The notes beneath the pieces are model-generated. The model saw only the letters and a program-made list of their open reading frames with translations. It ran no database searches and was not told the DNA's origin. A stretch of 64,000 bases of DNA from an uncultured Pedobacter sp. (GTDB lineage: Bacteria > Bacteroidota > Bacteroidia > Sphingobacteriales > Sphingobacteriaceae). Where the stretch lies: contig CAZOVM010000005.1 of the NCBI GenBank assembly GCA_964583395.1, positions 7,184-71,183 on the forward strand, read 5' to 3'. Every line of letters begins with the position of its first letter. Positions within the stretch are counted from its first letter, which is position 1. Positions 41,349 through 51,303 of this stretch are shown piece after piece. Made by a program: the position numbers and the translations under genes.

Positions 41349-43160
41349 CTACAATCCAATCTCTCTTAACAACACCGCAGCATTAAAAACATTGCACGGG
41401 CCATCTTTGAGTAGATAATCGAACCGCATTTCGTCGGCCGATATATAAATGTCAAAATGATGGTTTTTAATTTTCCCAGTGCTGTTTGCTTCCATTTCCG
41501 ACAATTGTAAATCGTGCGTAGCAAATAAGGTAGGCACTTTTAAATCGACCATTCGTTGAATAAAAGCTTTCGATCCTTCATACTTATCTCCACTGTTGGT
41601 ACCTCTCAACATCTCGTCTATAAGCACTATGCTAGGTTGCAGACCACTTATTTCTTGCAAGATTAATTTCAATCTGTTTAACTCGGCTTTAAAAGTAGAA
41701 GTATTTGTATTTAACGCATCTTTAATACGCATGTAGGTAAGTATTTTTACTACACTTAATTGCATATTTTTTGCCGCCACGGGAGCCCCGGCATAAGCTA
41801 AAACCATGTTTAAGCCTACCGATCTTAAAAAAGTACTCTTTCCCGCCATATTAGAACCGGTAATGATATCTACACAAGGCATTTCCATGTTGTAATTATT
41901 TTTCACAACAATGTTCTCATCTATCAAGGGGTGCGCCATATCTTCCATAGCCAACTTAAATTCATCTCCAACCATTGGGAAAGTCCAGCCAGGGTAGTTG
42001 TAACTTAAAGTACCTAAAGAAATAATGGTTTCAAATTTCGGGATACGCAACAATCCTTCAACAATGCTTGTGGAGTATTTACTGTACCAAACATCCAATT
42101 TAATAGCGCATTTTAAATCCCATAAAAAGAACGTATTTAATATCACATTCATGATCATATTCATTCTAGCATCGAACTGCCCTATAATAGCGGCTAATTC
42201 TTTGATCTGGCCACTCACCTCTGTATTCTGAACCCCACCTTCAAAAAATTTATGCAGATATGCACTCTTCCACTTCTGTTGTTCGGTCCAAGAAATTGCT
42301 TCACTAAAATCTTCTAGGTTACCTGCAAATCCGCTAAATCCTACATGAATGGTTTGTACCTTCTTTGAAAAAGAATAGACTATTATCAAATTAATTAAGC
42401 CTAATAAAAGCAATAAATATCCAATAGATCCATCTAAAAAGACCGATAAGCCTAGCAACCCTAACATTAAAAATGGGACAAGTTTTACATAAAACCGCAA
42501 TGTACTATTTCGGGTAAAAGTCACCTCTTTAGGCAGTTTATCTTTCACTTTGGCAATAATCATTTCTAATGATCCAGCTTTTTGAGATTTTAGTAATGCT
42601 CTGAATTTGAAAGAATCTTTAGTAACACTTTTGAGTTCCTTTACCGCCACCTGCCTATCTAAAATAGTTTTTTTATCTGCGGGTTTTCTTAGCCAACTTG
42701 CTAATAAATCCATTCCACTATTGGTAGATACTCTATTTATTTTGCTATACAGGGAACTTACTCCAAACACATCCAAATCAGACGTATAAGAATGATTTTC
42801 GTCCGTATAATTAACTCCATTACTATAACCGTTAACACCTGTCGAAATAGCTGCAATCTCGTTTTCTACTACCCATAGCATATTCTTTTGAAAGAGTAGG
42901 TTTCGCTCTAGCCGGCTTTGCTTTTTAACGATAAAAGCAAATGCTATAATGGGTATTACTAGACCAAATCCGAATAAATATTGTAAAAACGTAATTTCAA
43001 CACTTACGAAAGCAACAAAAAATGCTATCTCTATTAAAAACACAGACACACGCAAATACGATTGCATACTTACTTGTTTCTTCAGTATTCCTACCTTTTC
43101 TTGGTTATCTTTTTGTAAGGAAGCATAATCTTCCAATAATTCTTGTCTGTTTTTAAACAT
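41349..43160 (-). CDS. Membrane-associated MutS-related ATPase (domain V; no mismatch-binding domain)
   Basis: TGSNMAGKSTFLR, IDEMLRGTNS, FATHD; hydrophobic segments near the N-terminus and middle. Confidence 0.88.
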   Translation of the reverse strand: MFKNRQELLEDYASLQKDNQEKVGILKKQVSMQSYLRVSVFLIEIAFFVAFVSVEITFLQYLFGFGLVIPIIAFAFIVKKQSRLERNLLFQKNMLWVVENEIAAISTGVNGYSNGVNYTDENHSYTSDLDVFGVSSLYSKINRVSTNSGMDLLASWLRKPADKKTILDRQVAVKELKSVTKDSFKFRALLKSQKAGSLEMIIAKVKDKLPKEVTFTRNSTLRFYVKLVPFLMLGLLGLSVFLDGSIGYLLLLLGLINLIIVYSFSKKVQTIHVGFSGFAGNLEDFSEAISWTEQQKWKSAYLHKFFEGGVQNTEVSGQIKELAAIIGQFDARMNMIMNVILNTFFLWDLKCAIKLDVWYSKYSTSIVEGLLRIPKFETIISLGTLSYNYPGWTFPMVGDEFKLAMEDMAHPLIDENIVVKNNYNMEMPCVDIITGSNMAGKSTFLRSVGLNMVLAYAGAPVAAKNMQLSVVKILTYMRIKDALNTNTSTFKAELNRLKLILQEISGLQPSIVLIDEMLRGTNSGDKYEGSKAFIQRMVDLKVPTLFATHDLQLSEMEANSTGKIKNHHFDIYISADEMRFDYLLKDGPCNVFNAAVLLREIGL

Positions 43161-43203
43161 TATATTTGGTAAATCTTAAATATAAAAAAAGAATCCTATT
43201 AAT

Positions 43204-43677
43204 ATGAAAATCACGCTAATTGCAGTGGGAAAAACAGAAGATAAATATCTAATCGAAGGGATAGATAAATATTTAAATAGATTAAAACACTATATTTCAT
43301 TTAATTTGGTCATCATTCCTGATATAAAAAATGTGAAAAACATGAGTCAGGAGCAACAAAAAAGCAAAGAAGCTCAATTAATCCTTAAAAATGTAAGCGC
43401 ATCTGATATGCTTATATTATTAGATGAGGGTGGAAAAAACTACACTTCTGTTGGTTTTTCAGAACAATTGAACAAGTATATGATTGGAAGTATACAACAC
43501 GTGGTATTTGTGATTGGAGGTCCTTATGGGTTTGACCCAACCGTGTACAACCGCTCGAATAGTAAATTATCACTCTCCAACATGACATTTTCTCATCAGA
43601 TGGTTAGACTATTTTTTGTTGAACAGCTTTACAGGGCTTTCACTATTCAACGAGGAGAGCCCTACCATCACGCATAA
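43204..43677 (+). CDS. rlmH: 23S rRNA m3Psi1915 methyltransferase
   Basis: LDEGGK..TS, FVIGGPYG, LSLSNMTFSHQMVRL...EQLYRA...GEPYHH. Confidence 0.97.
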   Translation: MKITLIAVGKTEDKYLIEGIDKYLNRLKHYISFNLVIIPDIKNVKNMSQEQQKSKEAQLILKNVSASDMLILLDEGGKNYTSVGFSEQLNKYMIGSIQHVVFVIGGPYGFDPTVYNRSNSKLSLSNMTFSHQMVRLFFVEQLYRAFTIQRGEPYHHA

Positions 43678-43726
43678 TTTATGGAATTTATGGTATTATT
43701 GCATCCTATAGAATAAAGGAGGGATT

Positions 43727-43846
43727 ATGTTATTAGATAAATTTAAAAACAAGTACCATTTTAAAAGTGGGGGCGGCAATAACCATTGGATTGCCTGGGT
43801 AGTAGGCTTAATTGGCGGAATACTTGTTTTGTATTTTCTTGAATAA
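43727..43846 (+). CDS. Unannotated 39-aa single-TM small protein
   Basis: MLLDKFKNKYHFKSGGGNNHWIAWVVGLIGGILVLYFLE*; AAGGAGG upstream; terminator directly after the stop. Confidence 0.6.
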   Translation: MLLDKFKNKYHFKSGGGNNHWIAWVVGLIGGILVLYFLE

Positions 43847-43848
43847 AT

Positions 43849-43875
43849 AAAAAAGCGATTCTTTCGAATCGCTTT
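43849..43875. terminator. Intrinsic terminator between convergent genes
   Basis: AAAGCGATTC-TTTC-GAATCGCTTT. Confidence 0.75.
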
Positions 43876-43895
43876 CAATATCTAAAAGGTTATCA

Positions 43896-44435
43896 TTAAA
43901 CACCTTTTTTACTAGTCATATTTGCTTTTTTAGCAGGTGCAGACGCTTTAGCCGTTGCTTTAGCTTTTACGGGCTTAGCTGTTGCCTTTGGTTTTTTCTC
44001 TGCTACTTTTTCTTCTATTTTAGTTCCTTCTTCACTTGCTTCTGCTGGTTCTTCTTCTGTAAATAGAGGCAATTCTTTGATGATTAAATACCAAGAAATA
44101 ATTTTCTTCATATCCGAACCATATACTTTTTCTTCGTCGTGCTCTGGGGCAATTTCTCTGAAAAAATTACGTAAAGTAGTTCCATCTGCTTTAGCATCAG
44201 GAATAGCATTTTTAGATTTTTTAATGTTTTCAAAAACATCTTTCAATCTAATTTCTGCCTGTTCTCCGTAAACAGTTATATCTTCTAAAGATGCTAATTT
44301 AGTATTCGTCATATTAGCAACTATTTTCAGCTTTTGAGCATCAAGACTCTCCAAAATATAACCTACTTTATTTTGTCCAATTAATTTATACAATCCTGGT
44401 CTGCCAGAAACAGCAACTATGCCTCTTAAATTCAT
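43896..44435 (-). CDS. DUF5606-domain protein with K/A-rich tail
   Basis: IVAVSGRPGLYKL, SLEDITVY, PEHDEEKVY.SDMKKIISWY. Confidence 0.8.
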   Translation of the reverse strand: MNLRGIVAVSGRPGLYKLIGQNKVGYILESLDAQKLKIVANMTNTKLASLEDITVYGEQAEIRLKDVFENIKKSKNAIPDAKADGTTLRNFFREIAPEHDEEKVYGSDMKKIISWYLIIKELPLFTEEEPAEASEEGTKIEEKVAEKKPKATAKPVKAKATAKASAPAKKANMTSKKGV

Positions 44436-44466
44436 ATTTATAGGGTTTTTAACTATCCTTTAAGGA

Positions 44467-44928
44467 CTAGTCTTCAATTAACTTAATGGTAATGATTCTA
44501 TCACCTGCTTTAATTTCGTCAACAAGGTCAATATTTTCTATGACTTTTCCGAAACAAGTATGATTTCTATCTAAATGAGCTGTATTTTCTCTGCTATGAC
44601 AAATAAAAAACTGTGATCCTCCTGTATTTCTACCGGCATGCGCCATAGATAAAACGCCTCTATCGTGAAATTGGTTATTACCATCTAATTCACAGTCTAT
44701 TTTATAACCCGGGCCACCCGTACCAGCTAAATGCGCTGTTTCTGGGCTTTTAGAATTCGGGCAACCTCCTTGAATTACAAAATTAGGGATCACTCTATGA
44801 AATGTAACACCATCGTAAAAACCCTCTGAAGCTAATTTTTTAAAATTTTCAACGGTTTTAGGTGCGTCATTATCATAAAACTCTACTTTAAAATCACCTT
44901 TTTCTGTTTGTATAATCGCTTTACTCAT
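44467..44928 (-). CDS. Cyclophilin-type peptidyl-prolyl isomerase
   Basis: FYDGVTFHRVIPNFVIQGG, SMAHAGRNTGGSQFFI, HTCFGKV; ATG 44928 preferred. Confidence 0.95.
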   Translation of the reverse strand: MSKAIIQTEKGDFKVEFYDNDAPKTVENFKKLASEGFYDGVTFHRVIPNFVIQGGCPNSKSPETAHLAGTGGPGYKIDCELDGNNQFHDRGVLSMAHAGRNTGGSQFFICHSRENTAHLDRNHTCFGKVIENIDLVDEIKAGDRIITIKLIED

Positions 44929-45015
44929 ATTCATTTTATTTGAACTTCGAAAATACAAATTTAAGAGGAATTTTAAATATATTTAAAGCAGTATCTGCGA
45001 TATTACCTCTTTATT

Positions 45016-46275
45016 ATGTTTAAAAAATACTTCTTACTCTTCTTTTTAACAATCAGCTATTTCGGTGCAAAAGCTTCTTCTATGTTAATTTATATGGATG
45101 AGGCGCAGAAAAATCATCTCAAAGCATACGGTATGGCATACTGGAGTATTTCTAAGCAGATTGAGGTAAACTGGCTTTTAAATTATAGAGGAGGTAGCTT
45201 TTTAGTTCAGTATAGCCAGGATGTAGAAAAAGAATGTAAAATAAGAGGGGTTAGTTACGAGATTTTAGCCGATGCCAAGGTTACTACTTTACTAAATGAA
45301 ATGAGTGATCCGGAAGCAAATATGGAAATTATTAAATTAGAAAAAGCCCCCAAAGTAGCCGTTTACAGTCCAAAGAGTAAATTACCATGGGACGATGCAG
45401 TTACTTTAGTGCTTACTTATGCAGAAATTCCATACGATATAATTTATGATGACGAAATTTTAAGAGATAAACTTTCCGGATACGACTGGCTCCACTTGCA
45501 TCATGAAGACTTTACTGGACAATATGGCCGTTTTTACAATTCTTTTAGATTTACAAATTGGTACATAGAAGATGTAAAAACACAAGAGGCCGCGGCCAAA
45601 AGAAATGGATTTAAAAAAGTTTCTGAAATGAAATTAGCCGTTGCAAAGCAAATAAAAGCATTTTGCGCAGGTGGCGGATTTTTATTTGCCATGTGTTCTG
45701 GCACTGACAGTTTTGACATTGCCCTTGCTGCAGAAGGTGTAGATATAATAGAGCGTATGTTTGACGGAGATGCAGCCGATCCCGATGCACAATCTAAATT
45801 AGATTTTAGTAAGTCTATCGCTTTTACTGATTTCACGATTGATAAAAATCCTTTACGTTACGAATTTTCAGATATAGATGTTACTGAAGATCGCAGACTA
45901 GCTCAGCCTGAAGATTATTTTACCCTATTTGAATTTTCGGCAAAATGGGATATTGTACCCACCATGCTCACTCAAAACCATGAAAGAGTTATAAAAGGTT
46001 TTATGGGTCAAACAACTGCATTTAGAAAAAAATTGGTAAAACCCGAGATAACTGTTTTAGGCGAACATAAAGGAGCCGCAGAAGTTAGATATCTACATGG
46101 AAGCGTAGGCAAGGGACAATTTACTTTTTATGGGGGGCACGATCCTGAAGACTATCAACATCAGGTAAATGATCCTCCTACCGATTTAAGTTTACATCCC
46201 AACTCTCCCGGATATCGGCTTATATTGAATAATGTTTTATTTCCTGCCGCAAAAAAGAAACCACAAAAGACCTAA
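45016..46275 (+). CDS. Conserved secreted Bacteroidota protein with a class-I glutamine-amidotransferase-like region
   Basis: Signal peptide; WLHLHHEDFTGQYG; GGFLFAMCSG nucleophile-elbow-like motif; GGHDPEDYQH. Confidence 0.6.
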   Translation: MFKKYFLLFFLTISYFGAKASSMLIYMDEAQKNHLKAYGMAYWSISKQIEVNWLLNYRGGSFLVQYSQDVEKECKIRGVSYEILADAKVTTLLNEMSDPEANMEIIKLEKAPKVAVYSPKSKLPWDDAVTLVLTYAEIPYDIIYDDEILRDKLSGYDWLHLHHEDFTGQYGRFYNSFRFTNWYIEDVKTQEAAAKRNGFKKVSEMKLAVAKQIKAFCAGGGFLFAMCSGTDSFDIALAAEGVDIIERMFDGDAADPDAQSKLDFSKSIAFTDFTIDKNPLRYEFSDIDVTEDRRLAQPEDYFTLFEFSAKWDIVPTMLTQNHERVIKGFMGQTTAFRKKLVKPEITVLGEHKGAAEVRYLHGSVGKGQFTFYGGHDPEDYQHQVNDPPTDLSLHPNSPGYRLILNNVLFPAAKKKPQKT

Positions 46276-46418
46276 ATTATTGAAAAGTGGCTTTATATAC
46301 ACTTTTAACAACAATGGTATAATTTCAACCATAGTATTTCTCTCAAAACACTATTTAACAGGAGGTTAATATATATTCAAAATTAATTTAACAATTATTT
46401 TTGAACTATTTTTATTAA

Positions 46419-46435
46419 CTGGCATGGCTTTTGGA
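46419..46435 (+). promoter_or_regulatory. Putative sigma-54 (-24/-12) promoter
   Basis: CTGGCATGGCTTTTGGA versus consensus YTGGCACGRNNNTTGCW, with correct GG-N10-G spacing, ~70 bp before the porin ATG. Confidence 0.5.
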
Positions 46436-46503
46436 TAAAGACCAGTAATTAATCCGATAATTACGGGAATTATAAAACAGAAAACTATAAAATATTAAAT
46501 ACT

Positions 46504-47196
46504 ATGAAAAAGTTAATTTTAAGTTCAGCAATGTTCATGTTCGCAATTGGTGCTTTTGCTCAGGAAATGGGTGGAAGTGTAGCTAGAATAGGTGTTAAAG
46601 CTGGTGTAAACTTATCTAGAATAAATTATTCAGGACCAAATGCGTCTACTATTAATGACTATGTTAAAGATAATGTAGGATATAATTTTACCGTATTTGG
46701 TGATTTTGGGGTAGGCAGAAACTTCTTTATTCAACCTGGTATTTCCCTTCAAAATAAAGGAACAAAACTAGAAGGAACACTTCCAAATCCGAGTGGCGGC
46801 ACTGTTACTGGCACAAACAAAGTGGATGTTATGGCTATAGAAGTACCTGTTAATGCAGTATTAAGAATCCCTGCTGGTGATGCTGGTGCGGTTCATATTA
46901 GCGCAGGACCTTACATTGGCTTTAATATTGATGGTAAATCAACCACAAATGTAACTTCTGGCGGAACAGTTGGTAAGACTGAGTCAGATCTTAAATTCGG
47001 AAGTTCAACCACAGATGATTTATCTTCTGTTGAATATGGTGCTAATTTTGGTCTAGGTTTCAGAATGAACAATGGCTTTTTATTAGGAGCTAATTATGGC
47101 TTAGGGATGGGTAACTTAATTCCTAAAGACAACAGATCTAATGACAACAAGGCAACTAACAGAATTTTAGGATTCTCAGTTGGCTATTCATTTTAA
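46504..47196 (+). CDS. Outer-membrane beta-barrel (PorT/OMP_b-brl_2-like) protein
   Basis: Signal peptide, GVKAGVNLS, FIQPG, IEVPVN, GPYIG, C-terminal FSVGYSF. Confidence 0.88.
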   Translation: MKKLILSSAMFMFAIGAFAQEMGGSVARIGVKAGVNLSRINYSGPNASTINDYVKDNVGYNFTVFGDFGVGRNFFIQPGISLQNKGTKLEGTLPNPSGGTVTGTNKVDVMAIEVPVNAVLRIPAGDAGAVHISAGPYIGFNIDGKSTTNVTSGGTVGKTESDLKFGSSTTDDLSSVEYGANFGLGFRMNNGFLLGANYGLGMGNLIPKDNRSNDNKATNRILGFSVGYSF

Positions 47197-47220
47197 TACT
47201 ACCATCTACTTATGAAAAGA

Positions 47221-47250
47221 AAAAAGGCAAGCTATTCAGCTTGCCTTTTT
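47221..47250. terminator. Bidirectional intrinsic terminator
   Basis: AAAAAGGCAAGCT-ATTC-AGCTTGCCTTTTT. Confidence 0.88.
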
Positions 47251-47252
47251 CT

Positions 47253-49262
47253 TTAATCGTAAAAATTCCAAAGTACACCAAACTTAAGTAAGCGATCGCC
47301 CATTGGATAATAATTAGTAGTATAATATCCCAGATTAAATAGACCCTGATCTATATAATCATATTTAACGAATACATTTGCTCTTCTCAACGCTGCTTTA
47401 ATCCATGCTCCGGCAATGGGTTTACTGCCCAATCTTATTGATGTTTCGTTATAAAATTGACTCACATCAGGAGCGTAAGACTGCGCTAAATAACCAGAAT
47501 TATAGCGTACATCTAATCCTATTTGAGTCTTCAAAAATTTAAAAAATGTTTGATTAAAAGAGATACTATTATATAAATACAACTCAGGAGATCTGATCAC
47601 ATCTTCATTATCAATTTTCTGATAAACACCATAATGTTCCGTAGAAAATTTACCGAAATTAAACTTCTTCCCTGCAGAAAACTTTAATAAACTTATATCT
47701 CCGGCAGCCTGCATAGGAACTATCTGTCCATTTAAATCACTGCCGTAAAACATATATTTACCCAACAAATAGTAATCTGCATTTAAATCTAGTCCCAGTT
47801 TCTCATTTTCATAACCTGCACCAAAATTTAAATTTTTTGATTTCTCAAAATCTCGTCGCCATTGTCTATGATTACCATAATAACTGGTGAACAAATAATC
47901 TGCCGATTTATTTTGTAAATAACCATGCACTTTGAGAACACCTAGCTGCTCACTTATAAAAACATTACTTCTTGCTTCATACAGAAAATCTCCAAAATTT
48001 CGTCCTTGAATAATTTGCTCCAGTTTTAAATTTAAATCGAACTTCGTACTAAATTTATATCCGGCATTACCTGTTAAAGAAATATTCTGAAAGGATGCTT
48101 CTTTTAAAAACAAATTACTACCGTTTCTAAATTCTGTAGCTTGACGATACTGATATAAGTCATATTTTACTCCTGCATTTATCTTCAATTCATTTTTAAA
48201 GAAAGTGCCAGATTTGGGTCTTAAATAAAAACCATAAGAGAATTCATTGCTTAAGTGATTAACGGTAGTGGTGTCTTTAGTAAAACCTACTGCTAAGGGG
48301 TCAAAACCTACATCAGTCATCCCGACAGGCAGAACAGTATGATCATCGCGTTCATCTTTATTAAAAGAATAAGAATGCCGCGTATAAATAACATTAAAGT
48401 TTAATGTATTTGTGGGCAACACATTATTGATATCGCCCGTATTAGAACTGTCTATACGTCCAATAAAATACGTATTTCTCAAGGATAGAGAATTTTTACG
48501 CCACAATTGTTTTGCGTTATTAAGATTAACCACCTCCGCTTTGCGATCTATGTCAATACTATTTCCATCAAAAATAGTATCGTTTTTTAATGATCCGTTT
48601 TCACCTGCTTTGAGTGTATTAAATACTGCGCTTGCAAAAAGATTATATCTCTTATTAGGTCCTTGATACCAAGAAAAAAGAGAAGCTCCCAAATCGTCTC
48701 CTCTATGGCGATTATAGGTTCCGTTTGCTCCAATTCTATTATAATTAAACCCTATATTCCAATTCCTATTTACATTTTGACTATAAGTAGCTTTAAATAT
48801 TTGTTCTGATTCACCTCCACTTACATAGTACAAACTGCTAAACGGTGTTCTTGCTCGATAAAACAATAAATCGGTGTGATTTAAAGAATAAAATTCCAGA
48901 CTATTATAACCTGTATTAAAACCAATACTCTTGTCATTCTCAAACAATAGAGTTCGAGCTGCTAGCCCTAGATTTCCTAAACCTGTTGTTGGACGACGAG
49001 GCTGAAATAAAACACTATAATTATGAAAATTTGACAATGACGTATCAATTTGTAATGTTTGAATACTATCCTTGCTCAATCCAATGGTGGTGTATCTGAT
49101 ATATCTAGCCGTAAAAACAACCGAATCTTGTTTATTAGCTTCGAGTTTACGTAATGAATCGAGCGCTTTGTTATCGCCAATATTAGTTTTTAAATCCTGT
49201 GCACTAACAGAAAAGCTTATAGATAAAATAAGAAAAAGTATATATAAAACTTTGTTATACAT
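47253..49262 (-). CDS. Putative porin (Porin_10-like Bacteroidota OM barrel)
   Basis: Signal peptide, LGNLGLA, RTPFSSLYY, YSQNVN, C-terminal FGVLWNFYD. Confidence 0.75.
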   Translation of the reverse strand: MYNKVLYILFLILSISFSVSAQDLKTNIGDNKALDSLRKLEANKQDSVVFTARYIRYTTIGLSKDSIQTLQIDTSLSNFHNYSVLFQPRRPTTGLGNLGLAARTLLFENDKSIGFNTGYNSLEFYSLNHTDLLFYRARTPFSSLYYVSGGESEQIFKATYSQNVNRNWNIGFNYNRIGANGTYNRHRGDDLGASLFSWYQGPNKRYNLFASAVFNTLKAGENGSLKNDTIFDGNSIDIDRKAEVVNLNNAKQLWRKNSLSLRNTYFIGRIDSSNTGDINNVLPTNTLNFNVIYTRHSYSFNKDERDDHTVLPVGMTDVGFDPLAVGFTKDTTTVNHLSNEFSYGFYLRPKSGTFFKNELKINAGVKYDLYQYRQATEFRNGSNLFLKEASFQNISLTGNAGYKFSTKFDLNLKLEQIIQGRNFGDFLYEARSNVFISEQLGVLKVHGYLQNKSADYLFTSYYGNHRQWRRDFEKSKNLNFGAGYENEKLGLDLNADYYLLGKYMFYGSDLNGQIVPMQAAGDISLLKFSAGKKFNFGKFSTEHYGVYQKIDNEDVIRSPELYLYNSISFNQTFFKFLKTQIGLDVRYNSGYLAQSYAPDVSQFYNETSIRLGSKPIAGAWIKAALRRANVFVKYDYIDQGLFNLGYYTTNYYPMGDRLLKFGVLWNFYD

Positions 49263-50077
49263 TAGATTTTTTCTATTAATGCCCGTAGAATTTTTGTCAT
49301 AGCAGGTTCTGCTTTGTTTGCTGTCTCTATAATATCATCTATATTAAAAGGTTGAGGAACTTCCGGAAAACCTTCGTCAGTTAATACTGATATAGCGAAT
49401 ACCGGAATAGACAAATAATTTGCGACAATAACTTCCGGCACTGTACTCATTCCTACAGCATCACCGCCTATTACTCTTAAAAATTTATATTCTGCTCTTG
49501 TTTCCAAACTAGGTCCTGTAACTGCTACATATACGCCCTGATGGCAAATTATACCCTCTTGCTTTGCTATTTCAAGACCTAAATTTGTTAATTTCTGATT
49601 ATAAGGCGCACTCATATCTGGGAACCTAGGACCTAAATTCTCATTGTTAATTCCCCTTAAAGGATTATCATGCTGAAGATTTATATGATCATTAATAATC
49701 ATTAATTCTCCTTTTTTAAATTCTGGGTTTAGAGATCCTGCTGCATTTGAAATCAATAAATGACCAATCCCCAATGCTTTCATAACTTTCACTGGGAAAG
49801 TAATTTGTTGCATAGAATATCCTTCATAAAAATGTAGCCTACCCTGCATTGCAACAATGTTTTTTCCTCCAAGCTTTCCAAAGATTAATTTTCCAGAATG
49901 AAATTCTAAAGTAGAAATGGGAAAATTAGGAATATTTGAATACATGAGGCTATGTGAAATTTCTATTTCATTGACTAGCCCTCCTAATCCCGAACCTAAA
50001 ACAATTCCTATTTCGGGATTAAATCCGGAAATTTTCTTTTGAATATATTCTACGGTTTCATTAAGTATTTGTGACAT
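49262..50077 (-). CDS. punA: Purine-nucleoside phosphorylase (trimeric type)
   Basis: IVLGSGLG, MQGRLHFYEG, SNAAG, GPSLET.AE, AVGMSTVPE, SVLTD; ATG 50077 preferred. Confidence 0.93.
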   Translation of the reverse strand: MSQILNETVEYIQKKISGFNPEIGIVLGSGLGGLVNEIEISHSLMYSNIPNFPISTLEFHSGKLIFGKLGGKNIVAMQGRLHFYEGYSMQQITFPVKVMKALGIGHLLISNAAGSLNPEFKKGELMIINDHINLQHDNPLRGINNENLGPRFPDMSAPYNQKLTNLGLEIAKQEGIICHQGVYVAVTGPSLETRAEYKFLRVIGGDAVGMSTVPEVIVANYLSIPVFAISVLTDEGFPEVPQPFNIDDIIETANKAEPAMTKILRALIEKI

Positions 50078-51092
50078 ATTGTAATATTCTATTATTAAAT
50101 AAATTTTGATCACCAGAAAAATCTATTGAAACTGGCAAATAATATAAGGGTAAAGTTACCAGTATTTCACTGAAATTGGTGGCATTTATCCGTTGTAAAT
50201 CCTTTTCGGTAGTAATCAATATAACATTTGAATCGTTCAGTTTATTGTAATAGGCAACAATTTCTTTAAAATCCTTCTCCTGAAATTGATAATGATCTGG
50301 AAAATCAAAATGTTTTACAATTGTGACGATACTTTTTAAATACTGTATTAAAGGAGTTGGCTTTGCGATACCCGTTAATACAATAACTTTTAAATTCTTA
50401 TTTAGGTTTTCAAGTATTTCACTCGCATCAAATTTAGTAAGCTTTCCGTACGATAACCTTGAAATAAACACTTCCTTTTCAGGAAATTTCTTTTTCAAAA
50501 GAAGCTTCTTACTCTCCATCAACTCAACGGGCGTTTTTGTAACAAGTATCAAATCCGCTCTTTTATATCCAGACCAAATTTCCCTCATATTACCTGTTGG
50601 GAAAGGAAATTGTGGCGTCTGTAGACTTTGATAATCAAACAATAGAATTTTAAGCCCCGGATTAACGGCCCTGTGTTGAAAGGCGTCATCTAAAAGAATA
50701 AGATCATGGGTAGCTTGCAAATTCTGAATACCTACTACTCTATCTTCACAAACAGCTACTGTAACGTTTTTAAATTTGGTGAAATATTGCATAGGTTCAT
50801 CACCTATAGTTTCTGCCGTGCTGTATTGATTAGCAAGAATAAATCCACTTGTTTTACGACCGTATCCTCTACTTAAAATTGCCAATCGTTTGTCTGGGAA
50901 TAACTGCACTAAATATTCTGTTACAGGAGTTTTACCTGTTCCGCCTACCATTAAATTACCCACAGAAATAATAGGTATAGAAAATGAATGAGACTTCAAT
51001 ATATTAAAATCGTATAACTTATTTCTACACCATGTAATAGCTGCATAAATAAGTGTTATTGGAAATAATAAATAACGAAGAAAATGAATCAT
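50061..51092 (-). CDS. lpxK: Tetraacyldisaccharide 4'-kinase
   Basis: SVGNLMVGGTGKTP, LSRGYG, GDEP, LDDAFQH, FPDHY, TTEKD. Confidence 0.96.
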   Translation of the reverse strand: MIHFLRYLLFPITLIYAAITWCRNKLYDFNILKSHSFSIPIISVGNLMVGGTGKTPVTEYLVQLFPDKRLAILSRGYGRKTSGFILANQYSTAETIGDEPMQYFTKFKNVTVAVCEDRVVGIQNLQATHDLILLDDAFQHRAVNPGLKILLFDYQSLQTPQFPFPTGNMREIWSGYKRADLILVTKTPVELMESKKLLLKKKFPEKEVFISRLSYGKLTKFDASEILENLNKNLKVIVLTGIAKPTPLIQYLKSIVTIVKHFDFPDHYQFQEKDFKEIVAYYNKLNDSNVILITTEKDLQRINATNFSEILVTLPLYYLPVSIDFSGDQNLFNNRILQYVTNT

Positions 51093-51222
51093 TCATTCAA
51101 AAGTAAATAATATCCGGCAGTAAATAGAAAATAGTCGGCATCCCTTTGAAAAAAGTAAAAACCCTCGAGCAAAGTAGAAACCCGAGATCTAAGACTTTAA
51201 TGAATTGTCATCTGAGGATTTT

Positions 51223-51303
51223 GCGTGACGGATGGAAAGGGTCTGTTCGCCGAAGGCAACCGAAGCCCTGAACAGCCGGACCTGAGGTACGAAGGGCACG
51301 CCC
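51223..51303 (-). repeat. GC-rich structured element (dispersed repeat or ncRNA candidate)
   Basis: 52/81 G+C by hand count; GCGTG/CACGC closing stem, CTGTTC/GAACAG inner stem, three TTCG loops on the minus strand. Confidence 0.6.

Noticed and set aside
43696-43878. 60-aa minus-strand ORF
   Set aside because: Antisense shadow of the 39-aa plus-strand ORF, which has an RBS, a TM helix and a terminator; it also runs through the terminator
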